Shown piece by piece: positions 1-8,726 of a stretch of DNA of 64,000 bases. Position 1 is the stretch's first letter; each line of letters opens with the position of its first letter. The translations under genes and the position numbers were made by a program. The DNA comes from Thermoproteota archaeon (GTDB taxonomy: Archaea; Asgardarchaeota; Njordarchaeia; Njordarchaeales; Panguiarchaeaceae). Location of the stretch: NCBI GenBank assembly GCA_024720975.1, contig JANJXX010000001.1, forward strand, positions 287,408 through 351,407, given 5' to 3'. The notes beneath the pieces are model-generated. The model saw only the letters and a program-made list of their open reading frames with translations. It was not told the DNA's origin and searched no databases.

Positions 1-627
1 TGAGTCCATCATACCGTTAATGATATCAAACCCAGACAACAAGGGCGTCAGTGCCGGAAGTATCAAGGAACGCTCCCCTAGTAGGAAACATTTGAATCTA
101 TGATGTGATATTCCATCGAAAACTGTCACTACTGGATGCACATGAGCCATCACGAGGAATTTGTCTTCAGTGACGATATCCTCTGGGACCGGTTTATGTC
201 CATGTATGAGTACTATATCCTCGAGTATTAGGTAATCGAGTACCTTAACACCAAATCTCTCAAGGAAGCCACTGATATATGTATCATGATTACCTCTGAT
301 AAGTATTAACTCTTTATTCAGGCTCTTCAGAGACGCAAGTAAATCAAGAACCTCTTTGTGCTCTTGAGGAGTCCTCTCCTCGAATTTATGCTTCAGATCG
401 CCTAGGATTATTATGCGTTCTGGTTTTGCGTGCTCTATAGCTCTAAGTATGTTAAGTTTCATCCTACTGTATTGAACAGGCGGAATAAAAAGACCTTTCT
501 CCGCAAGCGCAAATTCCAATCCTATGTGGGTATCGGCAAATACCAAGGATTGCAGGTCTTTTATATGCAGCATTCCTTCAGGTAGTAGTTGAAATCGCTC
601 TTTGACTTTTTTGAATAGCTCTTCCAT
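1..627 (-). CDS. Metallophosphoesterase (calcineurin-like), runs off the window edge
   Basis: Manual translation from ATG 627: MEELFKKV...FADTHIG...ILGDLKH...IRGNHD...IHGH...AHVHP, which are the five metallophosphoesterase motifs. Not in the ORF track because it is truncated. Confidence 0.85.
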   Translation of the reverse strand, partial: MEELFKKVKERFQLLPEGMLHIKDLQSLVFADTHIGLEFALAEKGLFIPPVQYSRMKLNILRAIEHAKPERIIILGDLKHKFEERTPQEHKEVLDLLASLKSLNKELILIRGNHDTYISGFLERFGVKVLDYLILEDIVLIHGHKPVPEDIVTEDKFLVMAHVHPVVTVFDGISHHRFKCFLLGERSLILPALTPLLSGFDIINGMMDS

Positions 628-947
628 GGGTATCTTCCACGTATCAATCCCTTTATCTTAAAGACGTGCCTAAATAATACCAAAATTTTGCCTTGATGTA
701 ATCAATTACCTGCGATTTCCTAGGTTTTCTCCTGTTACTTACTGCTAAAGATCGCAAGTACGTGATTATTTCTACAGAATGGTACTCACAGGGATTACCA
801 AACCAACTTGAAGATTAGGCGTTGCACTCCTTCTAATAACCACCAACGGTTAATCCCATAATGCACTATTGACAAGTCGAACAAACTTCTACATTTTTAT
901 TTCTTAAACTTTTAATATAAACCTACAAGTTGTTTTGGGGTAGCAGA

Positions 948-1412
948 ATGGCTTCTGAGGATACAAAAGCAGCTAGGGCGGAAATAAATGAGATTCTTAA
1001 ATCCATTTGCGAGTCTGATGCACACATGATTGGAGTTTTATTAGTCGACTCACAAAGTGATTTAATCACAATGCAATACATTAGGAAGGACCAGGTTAGG
1101 GAATTAAGTGCAAGAGGGGGCTTTACCGAACTCAAGGGAGGCGTACTAGGTCGATTAATTCCCGCTCTGAAAGACCTATGTCTTGATGGCGGCTTAAATA
1201 TAGGCGATCCAAATGTGTCAATAATTCTTGCTAATAATGGAACCGCAATAGTATGCCTTATCACTCCTCGGTGGACAATCATTGCTTTCGGAAAAAGAGA
1301 GCTAAACATAGCACATGTAGCCCGGCAGATTGTAGGGTTGCGTTCGAAATTTCAGACATTGATTGAAAAGGCCAAACTTGAAGGGGAAACTTTTGAAGAA
1401 TGGGGTTTCTGA
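948..1412 (+). CDS. Roadblock/LC7 (LAMTOR-like) domain protein
   Basis: Helix, then GVLLVDSQSDLI, helix, three beta strands and a C-terminal helix (LNIAHVARQI), matching the roadblock pattern. GGGGT SD-like motif before ATG 948. Confidence 0.7.
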   Translation: MASEDTKAARAEINEILKSICESDAHMIGVLLVDSQSDLITMQYIRKDQVRELSARGGFTELKGGVLGRLIPALKDLCLDGGLNIGDPNVSIILANNGTAIVCLITPRWTIIAFGKRELNIAHVARQIVGLRSKFQTLIEKAKLEGETFEEWGF

Positions 1413-1771
1413 TGCAAGACATTTTAAGAATAATTCGAAGACGATTTCATGGAAGCATTGATCTTCGAATAGGTCACAGAGGAATTCATAGCAAATTAAT
1501 TGAAGAAGCTAGAAATCTACTAGAGAAGAGGGGTGGAATCATAAAGCTAAGGATCCTCCGTAATGCGGCGGCAACAAAAGAAGAAGCTCAAGAACTTGCA
1601 AATTTATTAGCATACGAAATTGGCGCTGATTTTGCGAAAGTCATAGGACGCAGTGCTGTAATTGGAAAGATAAGCCTAATTAAGAAGAGCCTCGATAAAA
1701 CCACTAGAAAAATGCAGACTCAACAGCGGACGCAAACTCGAAGAGTTTATTCCTCTTATCAGAGGCCTTAA
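1412..1771 (+). CDS. YhbY/CRM-domain RNA-binding protein
   Basis: LRIGHRGI...LIEE...IIKLRIL...KVIGRSAVI pattern. TGATG overlap with the upstream gene. Confidence 0.8.
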   Translation: MQDILRIIRRRFHGSIDLRIGHRGIHSKLIEEARNLLEKRGGIIKLRILRNAAATKEEAQELANLLAYEIGADFAKVIGRSAVIGKISLIKKSLDKTTRKMQTQQRTQTRRVYSSYQRP

Positions 1772-2393
1772 CAAACGCACTAGATATCAGAACACCCATA
1801 ACTCCGTAACTAAAAGCTAGTTTCACATCCTCCTCTGTGGAAATTCCCGCACCGCATATCGGTATAGACTTTCCGTCTGATTCCTGCACAATGCTGACTA
1901 CGCTTATCTTTAGGTCGTTAGGTTTAGCCTTCGAAACACTAACTCCCGTACCAATAAGCTCAGGTGGCTCAAATGCCACGTAGTCTGGCCTTAATGCTGC
2001 TATCTTTGAGACTTCTTTCAGATCTCTAGCGCATGCTAGAGTTTCTATGCCTAGACTGCGCGACTTATCAATAATCTGAGAGATTGCCTCTATGCTAATG
2101 GGTCTTTCAGAATGATTTATGATCGTACCATCAGCCCCTAAGATTTTTATTGCTTCCAGAGGTAGATGACCCGTGTACGCTCCTAAGGGAACTGGGTCAA
2201 CATGTTGGGAATATATTTTCACGAGGCGTTTCTTTTTGGAAAATTCAGACAGACAAAACGCATTTGGTGCCAACACAAAGCTTATCTGAGGAAATTCGTG
2301 CGCAACATTTTCGACGACGTTTAGGATTTCTAATCCTTCATCAAACGCTTCTTTATATGCCTTCAAATTTAGGATAATGAGTGGCTTCTTCAT
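1704..2393 (-). CDS. tpiA: Triosephosphate isomerase, archaeal type
   Basis: NLKAY, QHVD, GAYTGH, NHSER, AFEPPELIGTG and CGAGI motifs. Confidence 0.97.
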   Translation of the reverse strand: MKKPLIILNLKAYKEAFDEGLEILNVVENVAHEFPQISFVLAPNAFCLSEFSKKKRLVKIYSQHVDPVPLGAYTGHLPLEAIKILGADGTIINHSERPISIEAISQIIDKSRSLGIETLACARDLKEVSKIAALRPDYVAFEPPELIGTGVSVSKAKPNDLKISVVSIVQESDGKSIPICGAGISTEEDVKLAFSYGVMGVLISSAFVKASDKRNKLFEFASAVESAFF

Positions 2394-2432
2394 AAAATCA
2401 CCATTGTAACTAGAAGCGAAAAGGCGATAATA

Positions 2433-3296
2433 ATGAAGCTGACTATCGGCAGCTACGTAACAATTAGTTACGAGATCAAGTACTTAGAGCATGGGGAGGA
2501 GTATATACTTGCAACTACACGCCGAAAAATTGTTAGGAATGAAAGCTCCGAGGAAATCGTTGACGAACCAGTAATAGTCAGACTAGGTGATGCTGAACTC
2601 CCGGAATTCTTTGAAAAACTTCTGCAAGAATCCGACATTGATATAGGAAAGGAATATCTAGAAGAAATTCCACCCGAAAAAGCCTATGGTAAGAGAGACA
2701 CAAACAAAATAGAGTCAGTGCCGCTAAAGAAGATCCGAAGATTACTCCAACAAGAGGCTTTAATTACGGATGACAATACTAAAGCACTCAACGTAGGGAA
2801 AATTTTATACGCAAACTTAGGAGGACTAAGAGTATACTATGGTCGTGTTCTTCACGTCGGTGATAGAGATGTTGTCGTAGATAGGAATCATCCACTCGCA
2901 GGAAAGACTATGAAAACCTGGTTTAAAATCCACGATGCTATTCTACCAACCGCTCCTAAAGAGCAATTGGTTAGAGTAATCCTTAGAAAATTATTTGGCG
3001 CAGTAGAGAGTTTTCTAAAATCACGTTTTTTAAGCGAGAACATCCTAGAAATTGAGTTGTCTAAGGATTATTTTCTAAAATTCTCGGAATTCGATAGACA
3101 AACTGCAGAAACAATCATACGCGAATTGTACACGCCAAAAGTCATCCTTATGGCAAGAGCAAACTCACTCTTTAAAGATCTAGGCATTACGAGAATTATT
3201 TGGATTGATGAATACGAAGTTCGAATCGAAACACCAGCTGTGGGACTTGAGAAGAGCACTGAAGGCTCAATCGAAAACGAGACTAAGGAGCAATAA
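2433..3296 (+). CDS. slyD: FKBP-type peptidyl-prolyl isomerase, long archaeal SlyD type
   Basis: IPPEKAYGKRD and VDRNHPLAGKT motifs. Confidence 0.88.
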   Translation: MKLTIGSYVTISYEIKYLEHGEEYILATTRRKIVRNESSEEIVDEPVIVRLGDAELPEFFEKLLQESDIDIGKEYLEEIPPEKAYGKRDTNKIESVPLKKIRRLLQQEALITDDNTKALNVGKILYANLGGLRVYYGRVLHVGDRDVVVDRNHPLAGKTMKTWFKIHDAILPTAPKEQLVRVILRKLFGAVESFLKSRFLSENILEIELSKDYFLKFSEFDRQTAETIIRELYTPKVILMARANSLFKDLGITRIIWIDEYEVRIETPAVGLEKSTEGSIENETKEQ

Positions 3297-3321
3297 ACCT
3301 TGGGATTACAGAGGAGAAGTA

Positions 3322-3783
3322 CTATTCTTTTTCCATTTTGGCCTCTCTAGAAGAATTGCTAGTTGCATCATTATTTACTTCACTTAGCTCAACCTTGGCA
3401 CCTCTGCTGTAGAGGAAGGATATCATTTCCCCTCGGGTAAGGGTGATCAAACCGTATCGCCGAGCTTTTTCGATTGCTAAATCCGATATTTTATTTCCTA
3501 TAACTATCCCTGCAGTCAATCCCAGAGATTCGACAACTCTCTTGAACTTTATTATTGTGTCGCTTCCTATTGAGCGTCGCCAGTCTTTAATTATTACCCC
3601 CCAACGTTCGCCGGTGTCTTCTATGAATATTATAAAACTTATTGCATTCTTTTTTTGCACACTAGGAGGCGGTTCTATTATTTTGAAGTTGCGTTGGTGA
3701 GAGTTTAGGACCTCCTCGAAGTACCTTATCGCAAGATTCTGTAAGGGCATGTTTTTTAAGCTCTCTGACATGCTAAAAACCAT
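3322..3783 (-). CDS. Stand-alone Mrr-like restriction endonuclease-fold protein with degenerate active site
   Basis: GVIIKDWRRSIG..II.F...GIVIGNKISDLAIEKARRYGLITL matches the Mrr_cat pattern. The acidic catalytic residues are not evident. Confidence 0.6.
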   Translation of the reverse strand: MVFSMSESLKNMPLQNLAIRYFEEVLNSHQRNFKIIEPPPSVQKKNAISFIIFIEDTGERWGVIIKDWRRSIGSDTIIKFKRVVESLGLTAGIVIGNKISDLAIEKARRYGLITLTRGEMISFLYSRGAKVELSEVNNDATSNSSREAKMEKE

Positions 3784-3965
3784 GCTAAGCCGTCTAGTAC
3801 CTACTTATTAGTTAGTTTGCAGTACAATAAAAAGGTTAGCTACTGGCTTAAACACTTCAAACCTTTAATAAGAACCAAATCGGTTTTTTAGACCCCGGGA
3901 TTTGCTAAAGGTGAAAATAACAAAAATTTGATGAAGATATTATACCTATAAGGCTCTTCCGAACC

Positions 3966-4022
3966 TACGATGATGATGTTCGGCCCTCTGAGCCTCTGAT
4001 GAAGATCTTGAGTGCTGAGTAC
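3966..4022 (+). ncRNA. Box C/D sRNA; the D guide is predicted to target C34 of tRNA-Leu(CAA)
   Basis: C ATGATGA 3970-3976, guide TGTTCGGCCCT, D' CTGA 3988-3991, C' TGATGA 3997-4002, guide AGATCTTGAGTG, D CTGA 4015-4018. Short terminal stem tac/gta. Confidence 0.85.
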
Positions 4023-4044
4023 TCAATTATGACGGCTGATTACG

Positions 4045-4863
4045 ATGCAACTAGCTGACAAACCCATCTTAGATGGTAAATTGTACCACATAGCTATCGC
4101 CCCAAACGAGCTTCCCCGCTACATTCTAGTACCAGGTGATCCACAAAGAACTGAGATCATTGCTAACATGTGGGATGAAAAAGAGGAGTTGGCGTACTAT
4201 AGGCAGTACAGAAGCTTTCGGGGAAAGTATAAGAATGCTCCTATAGGAACTGTTTCTACGGGCATTGGGGGGCCAGCAACGGAGATTTGTATCATCGAAC
4301 TACTGTATGCTGGTGCTGATACATTTATTCGGGTTGGCTCTACAGGGGCATTAGTTAAGGATATAGAGCTTGGAGACCTTATTATTAACTATGCAGCTGT
4401 GAGACTTGATGGAGCCTCCCGTGCATATGCACCTCTGGAGTTTCCAGCGGTTGCTAGTCTTGATGTAACACTCGCTTTAATCAAGGCAGCAGAGGCTCTC
4501 GGATACAGATACCACGTTGGAATAGCAGCTAGCACTGATTCCTTCTACGCTGGGCAAGAGAGACCTATCAACGGTTGGCTACCCGATAATCAACGTGGCT
4601 TAATAGAGAGACTAAAACGACTGAGAGTAATCAACTTTGAAATGGAATGCGCTACATTGTTCACAATAGCATCAATTTTTGGAGCCAGAGCTGGTAGCGT
4701 GTGTGCAGTTTATGCGAATAGAGAAACTGGTGATTTCTCAAAGAAGGGAGAAAGCGAAGCATGTAAGGTAGCATGCGAAGCTGTTCGAATACTCTATGAG
4801 TGGGATGAAGAACGCAATCGCCTCAGAAAAGGCACATTTTGGATACCGGAATTATTCAAATGA
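4045..4863 (+). CDS. udp: Uridine phosphorylase
   Basis: PGDPQR, STGIGGP, IRVGSTGA, DSFYAGQER and NFEME motifs. Confidence 0.93.
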   Translation: MQLADKPILDGKLYHIAIAPNELPRYILVPGDPQRTEIIANMWDEKEELAYYRQYRSFRGKYKNAPIGTVSTGIGGPATEICIIELLYAGADTFIRVGSTGALVKDIELGDLIINYAAVRLDGASRAYAPLEFPAVASLDVTLALIKAAEALGYRYHVGIAASTDSFYAGQERPINGWLPDNQRGLIERLKRLRVINFEMECATLFTIASIFGARAGSVCAVYANRETGDFSKKGESEACKVACEAVRILYEWDEERNRLRKGTFWIPELFK

Positions 4864-5575
4864 GTATGTCTAGGCCTACTTTAAAGAACCCAATGGTTTC
4901 AGGTAGGTATTTCGAGTAAACAATACGCAACATGAATAGTCCTCTTCTAACTTTTTTGAGAAGTATTAATGTGTCAGTGAATAATTGAAGCACATTCCAG
5001 AATGCCGGAATTGACCCCTCTTTCTTCCAAAATTCCGGTGCGTTCACTTCCTTTGTTATGGACCGCATTTCATCGACAAGCATTAAGATATAATCTCTCT
5101 TATCAAGCAAGTTTCGCAATCCGGCTAAAAAACTGTATACTTCTCTTTTAAGTGCTCCCCGCTTGGCATCTGAGAACTTTCTTGATAGAATCGTTCCGAT
5201 GAATATTGAAGGGAGCGGATCTATAGCCAGAAATATACTTCGGTTCTCGTCCGATTCCGCAATAAGTGTCCTTATGTAATTCAATATAAGATCTGAATCA
5301 GCTAGGCTCGATATCCTGATGTTACTAAGAACATGTTCTGAGATCATGTTTTTCTCGCAAATTTGCTGCAGATCAAATTTCCTGGTGATATTTTCGGGAT
5401 CTATAAGAACGACATTGGCATTAAATAAATCCTCCAAAAATCTTAGTGCCAGTAGCAGCATCAGAAGCGTCTTTCCCGCTCCAGGTGGTCCACAAATAGT
5501 AACAACTTGATTAATAGGTATTCCCCCAAGGCTATCTATGAAGCCAAGTCCAGTCCTGAATTTATTTACTATCAT
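4856..5575 (-). CDS. RecA/RadA-superfamily ATPase (RadB/Rad51-paralog-like)
   Basis: RTGLGFIDSLGGIP, Walker A GPPGAGKT and LIDPE. No N-terminal HhH domain. Confidence 0.75.
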   Translation of the reverse strand: MIVNKFRTGLGFIDSLGGIPINQVVTICGPPGAGKTLLMLLLALRFLEDLFNANVVLIDPENITRKFDLQQICEKNMISEHVLSNIRISSLADSDLILNYIRTLIAESDENRSIFLAIDPLPSIFIGTILSRKFSDAKRGALKREVYSFLAGLRNLLDKRDYILMLVDEMRSITKEVNAPEFWKKEGSIPAFWNVLQLFTDTLILLKKVRRGLFMLRIVYSKYLPETIGFFKVGLDILI

Positions 5576-5587
5576 TTTGGGGTCCTT

Positions 5588-7186
5588 CTAGCAGATCTTC
5601 TTGACCATATAAGGACCCTCAAGCTTATAGCCAAAGCGCCTATAGTATTCCCTAACACCAATTCCACTTAATACAGCGACCTTGACAGCGTCGAAGTCTT
5701 CCGCAGCTACAAGCTCTGCTTCTTTAAGCAGAGAAGCCCCTAATCCTCTATGCTGGGCGCTTTCAGGTTTCCTTTCTCCAATTGGTACCAGAGGTCCGTA
5801 GACATGTAACTCCCTAACGATGGCTGTATTGTGGTTTATTTCAGGTCTATGAGATAAATCTGATGGAATCCTAAGCCTAAGCATGCCAAATATGACATCA
5901 CTCCTCACATCTTCATACGATAGGAAGATCTCAGTACCCATAGATGCCTTGTATTTTCTCTTAACTAACCGGACCTTGCTTATATCAAGTGCGTATCCTT
6001 CCTTTAAAGCTTTGTGACCAACTTCACGACATCTTATACACCTGCAGTGCCAACCTAGCTTTCCCATGTATCTTTTAACAACATCACGAAGGTTTCCGAA
6101 GGAGTATCCTGTTTCAATCAGGTATGTAGGTATATCTCTCTGAACTCTTTGGACTCGTATCCAAGGAGGGAGAAGCTTCTTTATCCTAGCCAATAATTCG
6201 ATTAGTTTCTCCTCAGGATACGGTCTATATTCCCCGCGTAACCACATATCGTATAGTTTAGTACCCGCTACAACAACTGTCGGGTATATCTTTATCATGT
6301 CAGGTCTGAAGTCAGGATCCTCAATTAACATCATAAAGTCCTTAAAGTCTCTTTCCGGACTAGGATCAGGCGGAAGATTGGGCATCATATGAGCTACAAT
6401 CTTGAAACCAGCATCTTTGGCTATCCGAAACGCTCTTTTAGTACATTCTACGTCATGTCCTCTTTTGACAAATTCTAGGACATCATCGAAGAGACTTTGA
6501 ACACCGATTTCTATCCGCGTCGCACCATAGCGAAGGAATTCATCAACATGATATTCAAGACAATAATCAGGTCTCGTTTCGAACGTCAGTTCTACGAGAC
6601 GTCTCGGCGAGGTTTCTAGTGCTTTTTTTAATTCCTCCAGGGAGGAACATAGGCCTCTACGACCTAGGATTCCTTCATAGATTCCCTTCATGAACTCGTC
6701 GCGGTAATCTTTAGGAAGAGCTATAAATGTACCACCCATAACTATAACGCTGATCTTGTCTGGTGGATGGCCTAGACGTTCTATATGTTGCACTCTACGA
6801 ACTATTTGCAGGAATGGGTCATAGTTTAGTTCAGCTGCACGTCTAGCGGCTGGTTCATGACCTGAGTAACTTTTTGGACTTGGGATTGGAGAGAAACCAG
6901 GTCCACCTGGGCAATAGATACAAGAGCCAGGACACCCAGCTGGCTCTGTAAAGACTGAGACTACTATTATTCCCGATATACTTCTTACTGGCTTAGATAA
7001 TATTTTAATCTTCTTTCTTGAGCTAGCATTTAGCCTAGAGAGTATTTCGTGATCTTTGGGAACAAAATTAGCTCGTAGCCTCTTAGCTACATCTACCTTG
7101 ATGCGCTGCAGTAAGTTTTTGTCCACGCTTTCATATTTTTGAAGCTCCCTGATGATTTCTGATATCACCAATTCTCTCTGAGCCAT
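5588..7186 (-). CDS. elp3: tRNA uridine(34) acetyltransferase Elp3 (radical SAM + GNAT)
   Basis: RSISG, CPGSCIYCP, MGGTF, ETRPD, RELHVYG, QHRGLG and GVREYY motifs. Confidence 0.97.
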   Translation of the reverse strand: MAQRELVISEIIRELQKYESVDKNLLQRIKVDVAKRLRANFVPKDHEILSRLNASSRKKIKILSKPVRSISGIIVVSVFTEPAGCPGSCIYCPGGPGFSPIPSPKSYSGHEPAARRAAELNYDPFLQIVRRVQHIERLGHPPDKISVIVMGGTFIALPKDYRDEFMKGIYEGILGRRGLCSSLEELKKALETSPRRLVELTFETRPDYCLEYHVDEFLRYGATRIEIGVQSLFDDVLEFVKRGHDVECTKRAFRIAKDAGFKIVAHMMPNLPPDPSPERDFKDFMMLIEDPDFRPDMIKIYPTVVVAGTKLYDMWLRGEYRPYPEEKLIELLARIKKLLPPWIRVQRVQRDIPTYLIETGYSFGNLRDVVKRYMGKLGWHCRCIRCREVGHKALKEGYALDISKVRLVKRKYKASMGTEIFLSYEDVRSDVIFGMLRLRIPSDLSHRPEINHNTAIVRELHVYGPLVPIGERKPESAQHRGLGASLLKEAELVAAEDFDAVKVAVLSGIGVREYYRRFGYKLEGPYMVKKIC

Positions 7187-7298
7187 ATTTGAACACTTTT
7201 GGGCACTTTACTGTAGCAATCAACCGTTGCCTCTAGATAATAGGATATATTTAATAGCTTCTGCACCTATTATATTATTCCTTAAGTCTGTGGGCATA

Positions 7299-7354
7299 GG
7301 GTATGAGGATCAGGGCCCTATATGAAATCCAATGATTCAATGGCACCGAGTACC
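7299..7354 (+). ncRNA. Possible degenerate box C/D sRNA
   Basis: ggtATGAGGA 7303-7309, a 12-nt guide, ATGA as D', CCGA as D at 7346-7349, and ggta/tacc termini. The internal boxes are poor. Confidence 0.35.
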
Positions 7355-7390
7355 GACCCGCCCAAAACGGAGGCGGTTTGAATCGTAAGT

Positions 7391-8140
7391 TTAATCCTCA
7401 ATAAATAAATCAAGCTTCTGCCCTTTCTTTCCTAGAACCCTATCTATAGTTTCTTGTGAAAGAAGCACTTGAAGAAAGGCCCTTGAGTCACGCAGAAGCT
7501 CTCTGAAGTTTTTGGTTCCTATCTGTTTCGCAAGAAAACTCATAGCCCTAAGTACATAATTTACGACACTGATGCAAAGCTCCAGTCCATAATCTGTGAG
7601 CTTAAATGCTTTTCGGACCATATGATGGGTTGGTGGAATAACTAAGATGTTTGATTTTGATGTCATGTACGCGTCAGATATAATTATAACAGGCTTCGTT
7701 GCTGGTAAGTGATATTCAAGATCTAGTACTTTCAATATTTTATGGTTTAAGCATATTATCGCAGTATCGAAGTCCTGCTCGATCATGTCGTATATCTTGT
7801 TTTTCACCTGAAACCTCTCAAACAAAATTTCTAGCTCCGGTACGCTTAAATTATCGAAGCACTCCTTGATGCTTATCACATAGTCTTCCTCACTTATAAC
7901 TCCATATGGTGTCACTAGGTACAATAGAACCTTCTCGCCAGTGCTCTCTAGTCGCATTACCGCTCTTTGCAGCCTAGTGAACACTGAGTTGTACAAGGCA
8001 CTAGCTACTGAGGGAATATAGCGACCCTCATCCCTAAGCCTTGCTAGGAAGCTGTATATATCCACTTCATCGATATCCCAGACGCTTATCTTGCCTTTAA
8101 TTCCCTCTATACATGGCGATTCAAGGATGACTATATGCAC
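7391..8140 (-). CDS. YaaA/DUF6884-like protein
   Basis: VASALYNSVF...LYLVTPYGVISEED resembles the A..lY.g...IlSA.YGli motif of YaaA/DUF6884. C-terminus is KGQKLDLFIED. Confidence 0.55.
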   Translation of the reverse strand: MHIVILESPCIEGIKGKISVWDIDEVDIYSFLARLRDEGRYIPSVASALYNSVFTRLQRAVMRLESTGEKVLLYLVTPYGVISEEDYVISIKECFDNLSVPELEILFERFQVKNKIYDMIEQDFDTAIICLNHKILKVLDLEYHLPATKPVIIISDAYMTSKSNILVIPPTHHMVRKAFKLTDYGLELCISVVNYVLRAMSFLAKQIGTKNFRELLRDSRAFLQVLLSQETIDRVLGKKGQKLDLFIED

Positions 8141-8151
8141 CAGAATTCCCT

Positions 8152-8718
8152 CTATAGGTTTATGAAGCTTATGCCCCTTCCAAGCTGTTGAACCACTTTA
8201 CTTTTTTTAGTTGATACTATAGAAAACCATATGAGAAAGATACTTAAGTAATGCGCTATGCCTGCATAAGGAGAATTTTTTATCCAAATTTGCCTCAAAA
8301 TGGGGGGTATACACATAAATGGCGCCCCACCTGTTTCTCTATCGATGATTCTCCTGAACATGAGGTCTTCCTTAGATGTTGGATCATCCGCAAGTCTAGG
8401 TAAAGCTCGTGGATATGTTCTCGGGCATAAAATTGATATTGTAATCTTTTTAAACTGGTCTGAGTGCTCTTCGCCAAGTAGTTTGGTACAGTCAACATCA
8501 ACAAGAAATTTTCCGCCCTTGACATACCTAAGATTTTCAAAAGGTATGTTTTGATTAAACTTTTTCCATGCGGCAAAGGCACTTATCTCTTCTTTAACAC
8601 GGTTGGGGTCCTCTGCAGGGTGTTTATCCACATATATCAATGGTATTTCATCTAGAAAATTCCAGTATCCAACTATGTTTATTCTCAATTCTATTCTCAA
8701 CACGTGAGAGTTACTCAT
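8152..8718 (-). CDS. UFC1-like (UFM1-conjugating E2-like) ubiquitin-conjugating-fold protein
   Basis: EIPL..., RVKEEISAF, CPRTYPRALP, GG...MC, IW.KNSP.AGIAH...W are colinear with UFC1 as remembered (EIPVL, RLKEEYQSL, IPITYPTTAP, GGKIC, LWARNVPKFGLAH...W). Putative catalytic Cys codon at 8311-8313. Confidence 0.7.
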   Translation of the reverse strand: MSNSHVLRIELRINIVGYWNFLDEIPLIYVDKHPAEDPNRVKEEISAFAAWKKFNQNIPFENLRYVKGGKFLVDVDCTKLLGEEHSDQFKKITISILCPRTYPRALPRLADDPTSKEDLMFRRIIDRETGGAPFMCIPPILRQIWIKNSPYAGIAHYLSIFLIWFSIVSTKKSKVVQQLGRGISFINL

Positions 8719-8726
8719 GATTCCCA

